From: Psychrosphaera sp.
GTDB taxonomy: Bacteria > Pseudomonadota > Gammaproteobacteria > Enterobacterales > Alteromonadaceae
NCBI GenBank assembly: GCA_965221615.1
Contig: OZ244904.1
Coordinates: 959,489-1,023,488 of the forward strand
Direction of reading: 5' to 3'
DNA length: 64,000 nucleotides
Part shown: one piece after another, positions 1 through 9,295 of the stretch
Layout of the letters: each line of letters opens with the position of its first letter
How positions within the stretch are numbered: the first letter of the stretch is position 1
Notes under the pieces: model-generated
Seen by the model: the letters and a program-made list of their open reading frames with translations, nothing else
Databases searched by the model: none
What the model was told of the DNA's origin: nothing
Position numbers and translations under genes: made by a program

Positions 1-203
1 GAAAACACCAGTGGCATACCGCCAAAGTCAGCTATTGCTATATGAACCCAGCTAATGCCAGCCCCAAACCAACCTAAACCAAAATAAAAGCCAAACCAAG
101 CGGCTTGTCGAGCAGAGCTTGCAGCTTGAAAGGCGTATGCAAGAGCTATTAAGCATAGAAAAGTAATAGGCCATATATCAAATGGCGAATAGGCGAGAGT
201 CAT
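1..203 (-). CDS. lnt: apolipoprotein N-acyltransferase Lnt, N-terminal part. The gene continues past the left edge. The true start is uncertain and may lie upstream, up to about 302.
   Basis: My minus-strand translation from ATG 203 is MTLAYSPFDIWPITFLCLIALAYAFQAASSARQAAWFGFYFGLGWFGAGISWVHIAIADFGGMPLVF. It resembles the Lnt N-terminus ([10 protein letters not shown] ... GxxWVYVS ... FGGMP in E. coli, from memory). The position after corC matches the miaB-ybeZ-ybeY-corC-lnt operon order. Confidence 0.7.
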   Translation of the reverse strand, partial: MTLAYSPFDIWPITFLCLIALAYAFQAASSARQAAWFGFYFGLGWFGAGISWVHIAIADFGGMPLVF

Positions 204-254
204 TAAACTGCCAAGAACAACTAATAGCAGTTTACTAACTTTCGGATAAGCATT

Positions 255-290
255 AAAAAAGGACTGGAAGCTGACCTTCCAATCCTTTTT
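255..290 (-). terminator. intrinsic-terminator-like hairpin 25 nt after the corC stop, overlapping the probable lnt 5' coding region
   Basis: Arms at 261-270 and 276-285 (ggactggaag / cttccaatcc) form 10 bp including one G-U pair, with a 5-nt loop. On the minus strand the hairpin is followed by T6 (255-260). Confidence 0.45.
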
Positions 291-310
291 ATTCGTTCGA
301 ATTTGCGTAT

Positions 311-1183
311 TTATACCGCTTCTTCCTTTTCTTCTTTTGGCAGAGTTACAGTTAACTGCTGTATCCTTCTTGTATCAGCAGTATGCACTTTAAACTGAAT
401 ACCGTGTATCTCTACTTCTTCACCTTTTTCTGGCATATGGCCGAACTGATGAAGTACTATGCCACCAATAGTGTCGGCTTCTTCTTCATCAAATTCAGTG
501 CTAAAGAACTCGTTAAATTCATCAAGTTCAGTCAGCGCTTGTACCATGTAAACGTGCTTAGATACTTGGCGAATATCTTGAGTTTGATCTTCTTCACTAT
601 CAAACTCATCTTCAATTTCACCTACAATTAGCTCTAAGATATCTTCGATAGTTACTAAGCCTGATACGCCACCATATTCATCAACTACAACCGACATGTG
701 ATAACGGTTTTGACGGAATTCTTTCAGTAGGGTATCAACGCGCTTACTTTCTGGCACTACAACAATCGGTCTTAACATAGCTTTAAGATCGATCTCTTGT
801 TCTCTATCTACAAGAAGATTCAGCAAGTCTTTGGCTAGTAAAATGCCTTCAATATGATCTTTGTCTTCAGAAACAACAGGAAAACGAGAGTGACCAGATT
901 CAATCATAGCTGGAATAAAATCTTCAGGGCTATCTTCTAAATCTAGGGTGATCATTTGAGAGCGGGGTATCATGATGTCTCGGATCCGCAGATCTGCAAT
1001 TTCCAATACACCGTCGATCATGCTTTTTGTGCTTTGATCGATTAAGTCATTTTCTGCAGCGACTTCAATAACGTCTACTACATCAGCTTTGCTTTGTGGT
1101 TCATCTTTAAATATCTGGCCGATTTTATCTAACCAGCCTTTGTTTGATGAACCGTTGCTACTATGCGGGTTGTCTTCGCTCAT
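311..1183 (-). CDS. corC: CBS-pair / CorC-HlyC domain magnesium-cobalt efflux protein CorC (YbeX)
   Basis: The 290-aa ORF has DIMIPRSQM and GHSRFPV motifs typical of the CorC/TlyC family and an acidic C-terminal transporter-associated domain. It is syntenic with ybeY-ybeZ-miaB. Confidence 0.9.
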   Translation of the reverse strand: MSEDNPHSSNGSSNKGWLDKIGQIFKDEPQSKADVVDVIEVAAENDLIDQSTKSMIDGVLEIADLRIRDIMIPRSQMITLDLEDSPEDFIPAMIESGHSRFPVVSEDKDHIEGILLAKDLLNLLVDREQEIDLKAMLRPIVVVPESKRVDTLLKEFRQNRYHMSVVVDEYGGVSGLVTIEDILELIVGEIEDEFDSEEDQTQDIRQVSKHVYMVQALTELDEFNEFFSTEFDEEEADTIGGIVLHQFGHMPEKGEEVEIHGIQFKVHTADTRRIQQLTVTLPKEEKEEAV

Positions 1184-1265
1184 TCTGTTTAGAATGCTCC
1201 ATAGTTATTAAAATTACTCAACTTTACCGTTAGACAGATGTCAGTTGATAAAGTTGCATTTTTGA

Positions 1266-1730
1266 TTATTGATCGTTATACGGATTTGGGAAACCCATTT
1301 TTTGTAAAATTTTTGTTTCTAAGTTTTCCATCTCTTCCGCTTCTTCATCTTCAATATGGTCATAGCCTAAAAGATGAAGGCTTCCGTGAAGCAACATGTG
1401 TGCCCAATGTGCCTCACTTGTCTTATTTTGTTCAACAGCTTCGCGGTTTACTACTTGTGCACAAATGATTAAATCACCAAGCAAAGGAAAGTCGATATCT
1501 TCTGGTAAATGCTCAGGAACTTCAAATGGAAATGACAACACATTTGTTGGCTTGTTTTTGCCGCGGTAGTCATTATTCAATTGCTGGCTTTCTGCCTCAT
1601 CTACAATACGTACAGTTAATTCTGATGCTTGCTGAAACTCAGGTAAAAATTGTTCTAGCCAAGCTAAGCATTGTTGTTCAGTTGGAATGTCATCAACTGA
1701 ACAAGCATTTTGGTAATCTAGCTCAATCAT
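1266..1730 (-). CDS. ybeY: rRNA maturation endoribonuclease YbeY
   Basis: The 154-aa ORF carries the zinc-binding motif [11 protein letters not shown]. It starts 4 nt after the ybeZ stop. Confidence 0.95.
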   Translation of the reverse strand: MIELDYQNACSVDDIPTEQQCLAWLEQFLPEFQQASELTVRIVDEAESQQLNNDYRGKNKPTNVLSFPFEVPEHLPEDIDFPLLGDLIICAQVVNREAVEQNKTSEAHWAHMLLHGSLHLLGYDHIEDEEAEEMENLETKILQKMGFPNPYNDQ

Positions 1731-1733
1731 TGA

Positions 1734-2813
1734 TTATTCCCCATTTGCTTCTTTTGCGGCAAGTTCTTTCGCTTCCGCCTCAGCGCGCTTTTCAGCTTCT
1801 TTCTCAGCTTTTAAACGGCGCATTTCTTCGTCGTGCTTTTCGTAAGCCATAACAACTTTAGCTACAACTGGATGACGAACAACATCATCGGCTTTAAAGA
1901 AGTTGAAACTTATGTCATCAACGTCAGATAACACTTCAATGGTATGGCGTAAGCCTGATTTTGCACCTCGAGGTAAGTCAACCTGAGTAATATCACCAGT
2001 AATAACCGCTTTAGAATTAAAGCCGATACGAGTTAAGAACATTTTCATTTGTTCAACGGTCGTGTTTTGGCTTTCATCCAGAATAATAAAGGCATCGTTC
2101 AATGTGCGGCCACGCATATAAGCAAGAGGGGCAACTTCAATAACATTGCGCTCTATTAAGCGCTCAACCTTTTCAAAACCCATCATTTCAAACAAGGCGT
2201 CGTAAAGAGGGCGCAAATAAGGGTCGATTTTCTGGCTTAAGTCACCTGGCAGGAAACCAAGTTTTTCACCCGCTTCCACAGCTGGACGGGTTAATAAGAT
2301 ACGGCGCACTTCTTGACGTTCTAGCGCATCAACAGCACAAGCAACAGCAAGATAGGTTTTACCAGTACCCGCTGGGCCAATACCAAAAGTAATATCGTGG
2401 TTTAATACGTTGCTTACGTAATCTAATTGACTTGGATTTCTTGGCTTGATGTTGCCTTTGCGAGTGCGAATGATCAGCTCTTGACCATATTCATCAGTAG
2501 ATTGGTCAAGTAGTTTGGAGCCTTGAATGGCCAAATGCACTTGGTCAGGGATAAGCTCTATGGCTTTTACCTTACTTTTTTGTTTCGGGCTAGGTTGGGT
2601 TTCAATATACAAATGCTTGATAACATCTGTTGCTGCTGTTGAATTTGCAGGCTTACCCATGACTTTGAACATATTGCCCTGGTAAGTAATTTCCACCCCC
2701 ATACGACGTTCAATATGTTTTAAGTTGTCGTCATATGGTCCGATTAAAGAAGCCAGTCTGTCCTTGTTTACTGGTTCTAAATAAAATTCAGTGGTGATTA
2801 AATTTTTTGACAA
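1734..2813 (-). CDS. ybeZ: PhoH-like ATPase YbeZ
   Basis: The 359-aa ORF has the Walker A motif GPAGTGKTYLA and a PhoH-family core (DESQNTT). It lies between miaB and ybeY. Confidence 0.95.
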   Translation of the reverse strand: MSKNLITTEFYLEPVNKDRLASLIGPYDDNLKHIERRMGVEITYQGNMFKVMGKPANSTAATDVIKHLYIETQPSPKQKSKVKAIELIPDQVHLAIQGSKLLDQSTDEYGQELIIRTRKGNIKPRNPSQLDYVSNVLNHDITFGIGPAGTGKTYLAVACAVDALERQEVRRILLTRPAVEAGEKLGFLPGDLSQKIDPYLRPLYDALFEMMGFEKVERLIERNVIEVAPLAYMRGRTLNDAFIILDESQNTTVEQMKMFLTRIGFNSKAVITGDITQVDLPRGAKSGLRHTIEVLSDVDDISFNFFKADDVVRHPVVAKVVMAYEKHDEEMRRLKAEKEAEKRAEAEAKELAAKEANGE

Positions 2814-2888
2814 AAGTAAGGTTTCCTTTATTTTTGTTTTTTAGCGCACTTAAACAAGAGTGAACAAGTGCGCTAATTTGATGTTGGC

Positions 2889-4316
2889 TTAAGGTACGAA
2901 GGTACCTACACCTAAATCATCGTGCTGTGCGCGCTTAGCTAAGATTTCAGCAGGAGCTGTGTCTTGTCTTAAGCCCATCTCATCTTCACCGCGGATAAAC
3001 TCACCACGCAAAGAGTTGGTGTATACGTCTACAACTTTTATATCAGCAAAACCACCGATTAATGAATGTGGGCCTTCAAAGTTAACAACACGGTTATTTT
3101 CAGTTCTACCTCTAAGTTCCATTGGATTTTTCACCGATGGACCTTCAACTAAAATACGTTGTTCAGTATTAAGCATTTGACGAGAGATCTGCAACGCTTG
3201 ATGTGTAATTAAGTTTTGCAGCTCGTATAAACGGTCTTTCTTTTCTTGCTCAGATACGTCATCTGGTAAATCTGCTGCCGGAGTACCAGGGCGCGCGCTG
3301 TAAATAAAGCTGAAGCTGTGATCAAAACCAATATCTTCAATTAGCTTGATTGTTTTCGCGTGATCTTGCGCACTTTCACCTGGGAAACCAATAATAAAGT
3401 CAGAAGACATACTGATGTTTGGTCTAACTTTACGTAACTTACGAATTTGCGACTTATATTCAATTGCTGTGTGGCCACGCTTCATTAAGTTAAGAATACG
3501 GTCTGCACCAGATTGAACTGGTAAGTGTAAGTGGTCAACAAGCTCAGGCACATCTTCATATGCGGCAATGATGTCGTCTGTAAACTCAACAGGGTGTGAA
3601 GTCGTGTAGCGAATACGGTCGATACCGTCGATAGCTGCAACTAAACGTAATAATTCACTGAAGTGGCAAACATCACCGTCGTGAGTGTCACCGCGGAATG
3701 CATTTACATTTTGACCAAGTAAGTTAACTTCACGTACACCTTGTTCTGCAAGTTGCGCAATTTCAAATAATACGTCATCAACTGGACGTGATACTTCTTC
3801 ACCGCGAGTGTAAGGAACAACACAGAAAGTACAGTACTTGCTGCAACCTTCCATAATAGATACGAAAGCAGTAGGGCCGTCAGAAGTTGGCTCTGGTAAA
3901 CGGTCAAACTTTTCAACTTCTGGGAATGAAATATCGATAACAGACTCACCTTCACCTTTTTGGATCTGGTCAATCATCTCAGGTAAACGGTGTAAAGTTT
4001 GCGGGCCAAATACCATATCAACAAATGGCGCACGCTCACGAATGTGCTGGCCTTCCTGTGACGCAACACAGCCACCTACACCAATCACTAATTCTGGCTT
4101 TTTATCTTTCAGCGTTTTCCAGCGACCAAGCTGGTGGAATACTTTTTCCTGCGCTTTTTCTCTGATAGAGCAAGTATTTAATAGAATGACGTCCGCGTTT
4201 TCCGCTTCTTCGGTAAACTCATATCCATGACTGTCGTCTAGTAAGTCCGCCATTTTCTGCGAGTCATACTCGTTCATTTGACAGCCCCAAGTTTTAATAT
4301 GTAGTTTTTTTGTCAT
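2889..4316 (-). CDS. miaB: tRNA-i6A37 methylthiotransferase MiaB (radical SAM)
   Basis: The 475-aa ORF has an N-terminal MTTase domain ([12 protein letters not shown]), a radical-SAM CxxxCxxC motif (CSKYCTFC) and a C-terminal TRAM domain. Confidence 0.97.
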   Translation of the reverse strand: MTKKLHIKTWGCQMNEYDSQKMADLLDDSHGYEFTEEAENADVILLNTCSIREKAQEKVFHQLGRWKTLKDKKPELVIGVGGCVASQEGQHIRERAPFVDMVFGPQTLHRLPEMIDQIQKGEGESVIDISFPEVEKFDRLPEPTSDGPTAFVSIMEGCSKYCTFCVVPYTRGEEVSRPVDDVLFEIAQLAEQGVREVNLLGQNVNAFRGDTHDGDVCHFSELLRLVAAIDGIDRIRYTTSHPVEFTDDIIAAYEDVPELVDHLHLPVQSGADRILNLMKRGHTAIEYKSQIRKLRKVRPNISMSSDFIIGFPGESAQDHAKTIKLIEDIGFDHSFSFIYSARPGTPAADLPDDVSEQEKKDRLYELQNLITHQALQISRQMLNTEQRILVEGPSVKNPMELRGRTENNRVVNFEGPHSLIGGFADIKVVDVYTNSLRGEFIRGEDEMGLRQDTAPAEILAKRAQHDDLGVGTFVP

Positions 4317-4525
4317 TTACTTCTCGATACCAAGTTAATTCTAAAAGACTTTGAAAATTCAAAGGGCGCGTATTTTACAGGCATTTGCTCTAGACTGGAA
4401 GAGGGAAAATTGACCATTTTTTATAGGGTTTTATAAGTTGGATAGCCAATCCTTGATCTGGCATAATGTGCGCCGTTTATTAGCTGATTAAGCTAGCCCT
4501 AAATTAGGTAGAAATAAGAATAAAT

Positions 4526-5704
4526 ATGAACACTTCATTTGATTGCATTATCGTTGGTGGCGGCATGGTAGGTGCAGCCTTAGCTTTAGCTTTGTGTAAA
4601 CAAGACAAGTCAGTTGCTTTAATAGAAAGGCAATTACCTAAGCATGAATGGCTAGAACAAGCGCCATTGAGAGTATCGGCAATCAATCGTTTCAGTGAAG
4701 ATTATTTATCAGAGTTAGGCCTGTGGCAGCATATAGGTGAACAAAGTAAATGTGTGTTCACTCAGTTAGCGACGTGGGAAAAGGGCGTAAAACCACTGGT
4801 ATTTGATGCTGAAGAAATTACTCAAAGTCATTTAGGCCACTTAATAAGAAATGAAGCTCTACAAATTGCGGCGTATGATGAGTTTGAACACTTAACGAAC
4901 AAACCTCAAATATTTACTAATATGGATTTGGTAGATATTCAACAGAACGAAAGCCAAGCAAGTGTAACGTTAAAGTCTGAGCAGGAAGAATTAACATTAA
5001 CAGCGAACTTAGTAGTAGGTGCTGATGGCGCATTCAGTAAAACTCGCCAATTAGCAGGATTAGGGATTAGCGGTTGGGACTACCAGCAACACTGCCTAAG
5101 CATCACAATTAAAACCGACTTTGATACTCAAGCCATCACATGGCAAGAGTTTCAACCAAGCGGGCCAAAAGCATTTTTACCACTAGCTGACGGCTACTCA
5201 AGCCTAATTTGGTACGATGCACCAGAAAAAATCAGAGCGTTATCACAACTTGATAATGCTCAGTTAAAACAGCACATACTAGAAGTATTCCCACCACTAG
5301 CTGGCGAATTTGAAGTTGTTCAAAAAGCTTCGTTTGGCCTGACAAGAAGACAAGCAAATCACTACTTTAACAATCGAGTTGTATTGGTTGGCGACGCTGC
5401 CCACACAATTAATCCACTAGCAGGACAAGGCGTGAACTTAGGCTATAAAGATGTAGCAGAGCTGGCAAACAAGCTATCAACTCTAGATTTAACAAACGCG
5501 GAGTCTGTAGCAAAAGTCCTAAAACAGTACCAGCTAAAGCGCAAAGCGGACTCATTAGTAATGTCAGGTGCAATGGATGGTTTCTACAAACTCTTCTCTA
5601 ACGACAAAGCTCCACTAAAACTTATCCGTTCAACAATGTTGAATTTAGCTAACCAGCTTGAGTTTGCTAGAAAACAAGTTCTTAAGAAGGCGATAGGGTA
5701 CTAG
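4526..5704 (+). CDS. ubiF: FAD-dependent ubiquinone-biosynthesis hydroxylase (UbiF/UbiH/VisC family)
   Basis: The 392-aa ORF has the dinucleotide-binding motif DCIIVGGGMVGAALA and the motif LVGDAAHTINPLAGQG. It is divergent from miaB, as ubiF is in E. coli. Assignment among the paralogues is not certain. Confidence 0.8.
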   Translation: MNTSFDCIIVGGGMVGAALALALCKQDKSVALIERQLPKHEWLEQAPLRVSAINRFSEDYLSELGLWQHIGEQSKCVFTQLATWEKGVKPLVFDAEEITQSHLGHLIRNEALQIAAYDEFEHLTNKPQIFTNMDLVDIQQNESQASVTLKSEQEELTLTANLVVGADGAFSKTRQLAGLGISGWDYQQHCLSITIKTDFDTQAITWQEFQPSGPKAFLPLADGYSSLIWYDAPEKIRALSQLDNAQLKQHILEVFPPLAGEFEVVQKASFGLTRRQANHYFNNRVVLVGDAAHTINPLAGQGVNLGYKDVAELANKLSTLDLTNAESVAKVLKQYQLKRKADSLVMSGAMDGFYKLFSNDKAPLKLIRSTMLNLANQLEFARKQVLKKAIGY

Positions 5705-5906
5705 AGTTGTAAGCTTTAAGCTGTAAGAAAACTAGAGTGAACTTTGCTTTGAGGTACTTAAACGTCATTGCGGCGGAGGCCGTAATCTAACGTTTCATAT
5801 ATTGTTGCAACTCTTACACAAGCCTTTTAGCACAAACCAATAACTATTTACTTTATAAGTACTTTTTTGTACAAAGCCAGCTCTTAGACAGTATTAGGGA
5901 AAAATT

Positions 5907-6491
5907 ATGTGGATAAAAGAGCAAAGGTTGGAAGGTGAGTATGTTGTTTTGGAGCCTTTGCGTTTGCAGCATACTGAGGCTTTAGCTGATGCTGTGAAGG
6001 ATGGAGAGCATTGGAAACTCTGGTTTGCGAACGTCCCTAAACCTGAAGAAATGAAAAACTATGTACAGGCTGCAATTGCAGGTGCAGAAAAAGGCAACAT
6101 TACTTACGCAGTTATACAAAAGTCGACAAATACAGTTGTAGGTACAACAAGGTATTACAGCGTCGATGAAGTCAATAAAAGAGCCATGATTGGCTATACT
6201 TGGTACTCTGACTCTGTACGACGAACCGCTGTTAACACGGAATGTAAGCTGTTATTGCTTCAGCAATTATTTGAATCTTGTGATGCTATAGCTGTTGAGT
6301 TCAGAACTCATATTAAAAATGAAACCTCTAGAGCGGCAATTGAAAGATTAGGTGCAAAACTAGACGGCATATTACGCAATCATATTATGATGAAAGACGG
6401 CTCTTTAAGAGATACTGCAGTATATTCAATACTTCCAGAAGAGTGGCTAGCTGTTAAGCAAAACTTGCTAACTAAACTCAATAAATTTTGA
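5907..6491 (+). CDS. GNAT family N-acetyltransferase (RimJ/RimL-like)
   Basis: The 194-aa ORF shows the typical pattern: L.PL...H...L, then IGYTWY, RRTAVNTECKLLLL and AIERLGAKLDGILRNH. Confidence 0.8.
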   Translation: MWIKEQRLEGEYVVLEPLRLQHTEALADAVKDGEHWKLWFANVPKPEEMKNYVQAAIAGAEKGNITYAVIQKSTNTVVGTTRYYSVDEVNKRAMIGYTWYSDSVRRTAVNTECKLLLLQQLFESCDAIAVEFRTHIKNETSRAAIERLGAKLDGILRNHIMMKDGSLRDTAVYSILPEEWLAVKQNLLTKLNKF

Positions 6492-6625
6492 TGAGTTTTA
6501 GCTGTTTTATGATAAGTATTAGTTGTTTTATTGCGGCTAGAAGCAGCTGTTAACTTCAATAAAAACATCGCCAAAAACAAAAAATTGTCGAAAAAAGGGA
6601 AAATACAGTTGGCTTTTTGCTCCTG

Positions 6626-6656
6626 AGTCGCTTATGTTATGCGGCTTCTTTTTTCC
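6626..6656 (+). terminator. short hairpin plus T-run in the leader of the PQ-loop gene. It could be the terminator of the GNAT gene or an attenuator.
   Basis: The arms agtcgc (6626-6631) and gcggct (6641-6646) form 6 bp with one G-U pair, followed by tcttttttcc. A second small hairpin, ccccgaaagggg, lies at 6655-6666. Confidence 0.35.
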
Positions 6657-6689
6657 CCGAAAGGGGCGTTAATAAGTGGAGTAATCTAG

Positions 6690-6965
6690 TTGAGTATCAT
6701 TGAAGTTATTGGATATATCCCTGCAATAGTGTTTCCCACTGCAACCATCATTCAATTGGTTCACTTGTATAAAACCAAGTCTTCGGAAGGCGTGTCAGCA
6801 TTAGCTTGGGCAGCATTTGCTATGGGTAATGTCTCGCTTTACATTTACACAGAAAAGTACACAGCGATTCAATCAATCGTTGGTTTATTACTTACTTCGA
6901 TATTGCAAATTGGCATTATCACGCTGGCAATTAAATACAAAAAACCAAAGCCAGCTCAGGAATAA
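6690..6965 (+). CDS. small 3-TM PQ-loop / SemiSWEET-like membrane protein
   Basis: The 91-aa ORF has a TTG start 8 nt after GGAG and three predicted hydrophobic helices. The N-terminus IGYIPAIVFPTATIIQLVHLYKTKSSEGVS resembles the bacterial SemiSWEET pattern (IGY.....T.S..PQ......TK....IS, from memory). Confidence 0.55.
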   Translation: MSIIEVIGYIPAIVFPTATIIQLVHLYKTKSSEGVSALAWAAFAMGNVSLYIYTEKYTAIQSIVGLLLTSILQIGIITLAIKYKKPKPAQE

Positions 6966-6975
6966 AACAAGTATA

Positions 6976-7013
6976 AAGGCGCAAAGCGCTTGCTTTGCAC
7001 TTTAAGCCTTTTA
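6976..7013 (+). terminator. probable intrinsic terminator of the PQ-loop gene
   Basis: The inner stem is gcaaagc (6981-6987) with gctttgc (6992-6998). The outer stem is aaggc with gcctt. It is followed by ttatcc. Confidence 0.5.
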
Positions 7014-7198
7014 TCCAACAATCTAATCGATATAAAAGCCCAGTCAATAATAAAACAATTCAAAAAAGCTGGGCTTTATCTTATCTACTAAGTCTTAGTT
7101 ATCTGTTACAAGTTGAAACAACTTGAAGTCGAGAAGTCACTAGAGTTCGGTTAGGATAGCGAAAAACAAACTATGAAATCTTGTCTCAGAGGTAGTAA

Positions 7199-8158
7199 AT
7201 GGATAAGAGAGCAATCATTAATTCGGCAGTGGAACATGGTATTGAACGCTATATTCAAGAGTGTAGAGACAATATTCCCACGTTTTGCCAAGATACATTT
7301 TCTCTTATTGGTGCGTGGGACATCAACAAAAAAGCATTTGGCAAAGATATCTTAAAAGCACCAGCTAATGTAGTTTGGACTCCTTTTTATTTTCTCGGCA
7401 CGGGCATAGGCAAAGGTTTAGAAAAACTTAAGTTAGATAAAGCAAGCAAGGTTTTCTCTGACTTACCAGCTGGTTTTACTACTGATGTTGAATTAGAAGT
7501 TCAATGGCGTATTTATACTCAATTTATCAAATTACCTTACCAACAAAACGAACGAGAGTTTGTTGAAAATAGACTATTGGAGATAATTCTAGAAGATGAA
7601 AATTTGGCGCCGATAATCGATCATAGTATGGAGTCCATTTCAAAACTCACTTCAGATGAAGAGGGGAAAAACATTTTGACTGATCGTATATTTGAATATA
7701 CCGACAGTCGTAAAGCCGCCTCAGAATTGTCTTCTACGCTAATCGGCACAGCGACTGGTTATCTGACAAGTAAAACGCTTAATTTCGGTGCTGTCGGTTT
7801 AGGCCAGTCACTAGCTGCATCTGCAGCCTATCATTCTGCGGTATCAAGCTTTGCTCTTGGCAACACTTTAGGAGCTGCTTTTTACTCTGTAGTACCTGTT
7901 TCTGCATCTACTGGGGCTGTTGTACTCTCCACGGGAGGTGTAGCAGCTGTGTTAGGTGCAGTATCTGCTTTTGCTGGAGTAATTGCAGATCCGATTCAAC
8001 ACAAGCTAGGTTTGCACGAGAAGAAGCTCAATAAGCTGGTGGATGCACTAGAACTTCAATTGAAATCGAACGAGCAATCAAGTCTAGATATTAAAGATGG
8101 TTATGCGGCAAGAGTGCTAGACGTATTGGACTTTCTAACTTTGATCGTAAGAAAATAA
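7199..8158 (+). CDS. hypothetical protein with a soluble N-terminal domain and a Gly/Ala/Ser-rich hydrophobic C-terminal region
   Basis: The 319-aa ORF has a GAGG RBS 7 nt upstream. The segment GAVGLGQSLAASAAYHSAVSSFALGNTLGAAFYSVVPVSASTGAVVLSTGGVAAVLGAVSAFAGVIA looks like small-residue-packed TM helices. I recognised no family. Confidence 0.6.
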   Translation: MDKRAIINSAVEHGIERYIQECRDNIPTFCQDTFSLIGAWDINKKAFGKDILKAPANVVWTPFYFLGTGIGKGLEKLKLDKASKVFSDLPAGFTTDVELEVQWRIYTQFIKLPYQQNEREFVENRLLEIILEDENLAPIIDHSMESISKLTSDEEGKNILTDRIFEYTDSRKAASELSSTLIGTATGYLTSKTLNFGAVGLGQSLAASAAYHSAVSSFALGNTLGAAFYSVVPVSASTGAVVLSTGGVAAVLGAVSAFAGVIADPIQHKLGLHEKKLNKLVDALELQLKSNEQSSLDIKDGYAARVLDVLDFLTLIVRK

Positions 8159-8223
8159 ACTAGGTTAAAAAGTAACAAATACATATAGTAACGCTCTGAA
8201 AGTAATCATCTGAGGGAAACTAT

Positions 8224-8256
8224 CTGAGACACCCACCTTAAGTTAGGGTGTCTCAG
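8224..8256. repeat. GAGACACCC/GGGTGTCTC hairpin element, copy 1. It probably acts as the terminator of the 319-aa gene.
   Basis: The arms ctgagacaccc (8224-8234) and gggtgtctcag (8246-8256) form a perfect 11-bp stem with an 11-nt loop. Confidence 0.7.
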
Positions 8257-8423
8257 TAAAAATTCACGACCTTTATTAAAATACGTCTTTACTAAAAACG
8301 CCTCATAACACTCTTTAAGTTGAATAACTTGTTTCTAAAGTTGGGCTTGATGTTTATTTATTACTCATTGCCTTACATTAGATTTGTACATTTTTTGATA
8401 GGCTGAATGCAAAGGAAAAATAA

Positions 8424-8891
8424 ATGCGAGTTATAACAAGTTTTTTATTAATTATAGGGGTATTCATTTCTACTTTTACTGTCAATGCTAAACAATGTGA
8501 AGCCAATTGTATGATTGCACAAATCAATGGTTACTTTGCAGCGTTGGATAAAGTAGCTAAACATGGCTCAACGGCACAAGATATTGAATCTCTTTTAGAA
8601 CAAATGCACCCGAGTATTAAGTACGAACACTTTGAGTATCAAGCAAATTTTGACTTAGTTAAGTGGCGAAAGGCATTCAACAGACAACTTAAACTAGGCA
8701 GCTATAACAATGCGCCAGAAGACGAGATAAGAGTAGTGAACACTATTATCGGTAAAAGCCATGTAGCAGTTGAGTATTTACATGGCTTGGTCGACGAAAA
8801 AGGGGATTGGAAGCCAAACGACGATATGAAAAAATTCGCTTTATTTGGCTTTACCGAAGGCAAAATTTCATTGATCAGAGAGTATTGGTAA
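8424..8891 (+). CDS. secreted hypothetical protein, possibly with an NTF2/SnoaL-like fold
   Basis: The 155-aa ORF has an AAAGGA RBS and the signal peptide MRVITSFLLIIGVFISTFTVNA. Its size and alpha+beta pattern are compatible with an NTF2-like domain, but this is weak. Confidence 0.55.
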   Translation: MRVITSFLLIIGVFISTFTVNAKQCEANCMIAQINGYFAALDKVAKHGSTAQDIESLLEQMHPSIKYEHFEYQANFDLVKWRKAFNRQLKLGSYNNAPEDEIRVVNTIIGKSHVAVEYLHGLVDEKGDWKPNDDMKKFALFGFTEGKISLIREYW

Positions 8892-8959
8892 CAACTCTTA
8901 GAAATTTCTGTACAAAACTTATATAGTGAAAAAGAACAGTATTCTTATCCTCTAAATTG

Positions 8960-8995
8960 CAGAGACAACCGCCAAAGTAATGGTGGATGTCTCTG
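8960..8995. repeat. GAGACA...TGTCTC hairpin element, copy 2 (diverged), followed by the TGTCTCTGTAACT tail
   Basis: The sequence cagagacaaccgcc ... tggtggatgtctctg forms a 15-bp stem with 2 mismatches. The tail ggatgtctctgtaact (8985-9000) matches the 23-bp tandem unit at 10873-10918. Confidence 0.6.
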
Positions 8996-9215
8996 TAACT
9001 CACTCTTTATAATTTACTCTTTATAGCTCGCTCTTACTTAGCATCAGCAATTTCTTCTCCGCAGTTTTGTGTTTTCGTAATTTAGTGACCTCTTTCACTT
9101 ATCTATTTCTAACTACTTCTTAAATTTAACCTGGTTTTGTTACAGGTAGAGCTTATTAATCTCTTTCACTTTTATGCACTTAGCTTTGCTTTACTGCAGG
9201 CTGTTAAATATATGG

Positions 9216-9267
9216 TTGACAAAAGTCTACTATGTATTAATCTTTAATTAGGTTGATAAATGTCAAC
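9216..9267 (+). promoter_or_regulatory. candidate sigma70 promoter plus a small palindrome upstream of the SRPBCC gene (possible MarR operator)
   Basis: TTGACA lies at 9216-9221 and TAATCT at 9238-9243, with a 16-nt spacer. The palindrome GTTGA-N6-TCAAC lies at 9252-9267. Confidence 0.3.
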
Positions 9268-9295
9268 TAAGTTGTTTTTTTGTTGGAGAGTGAAA

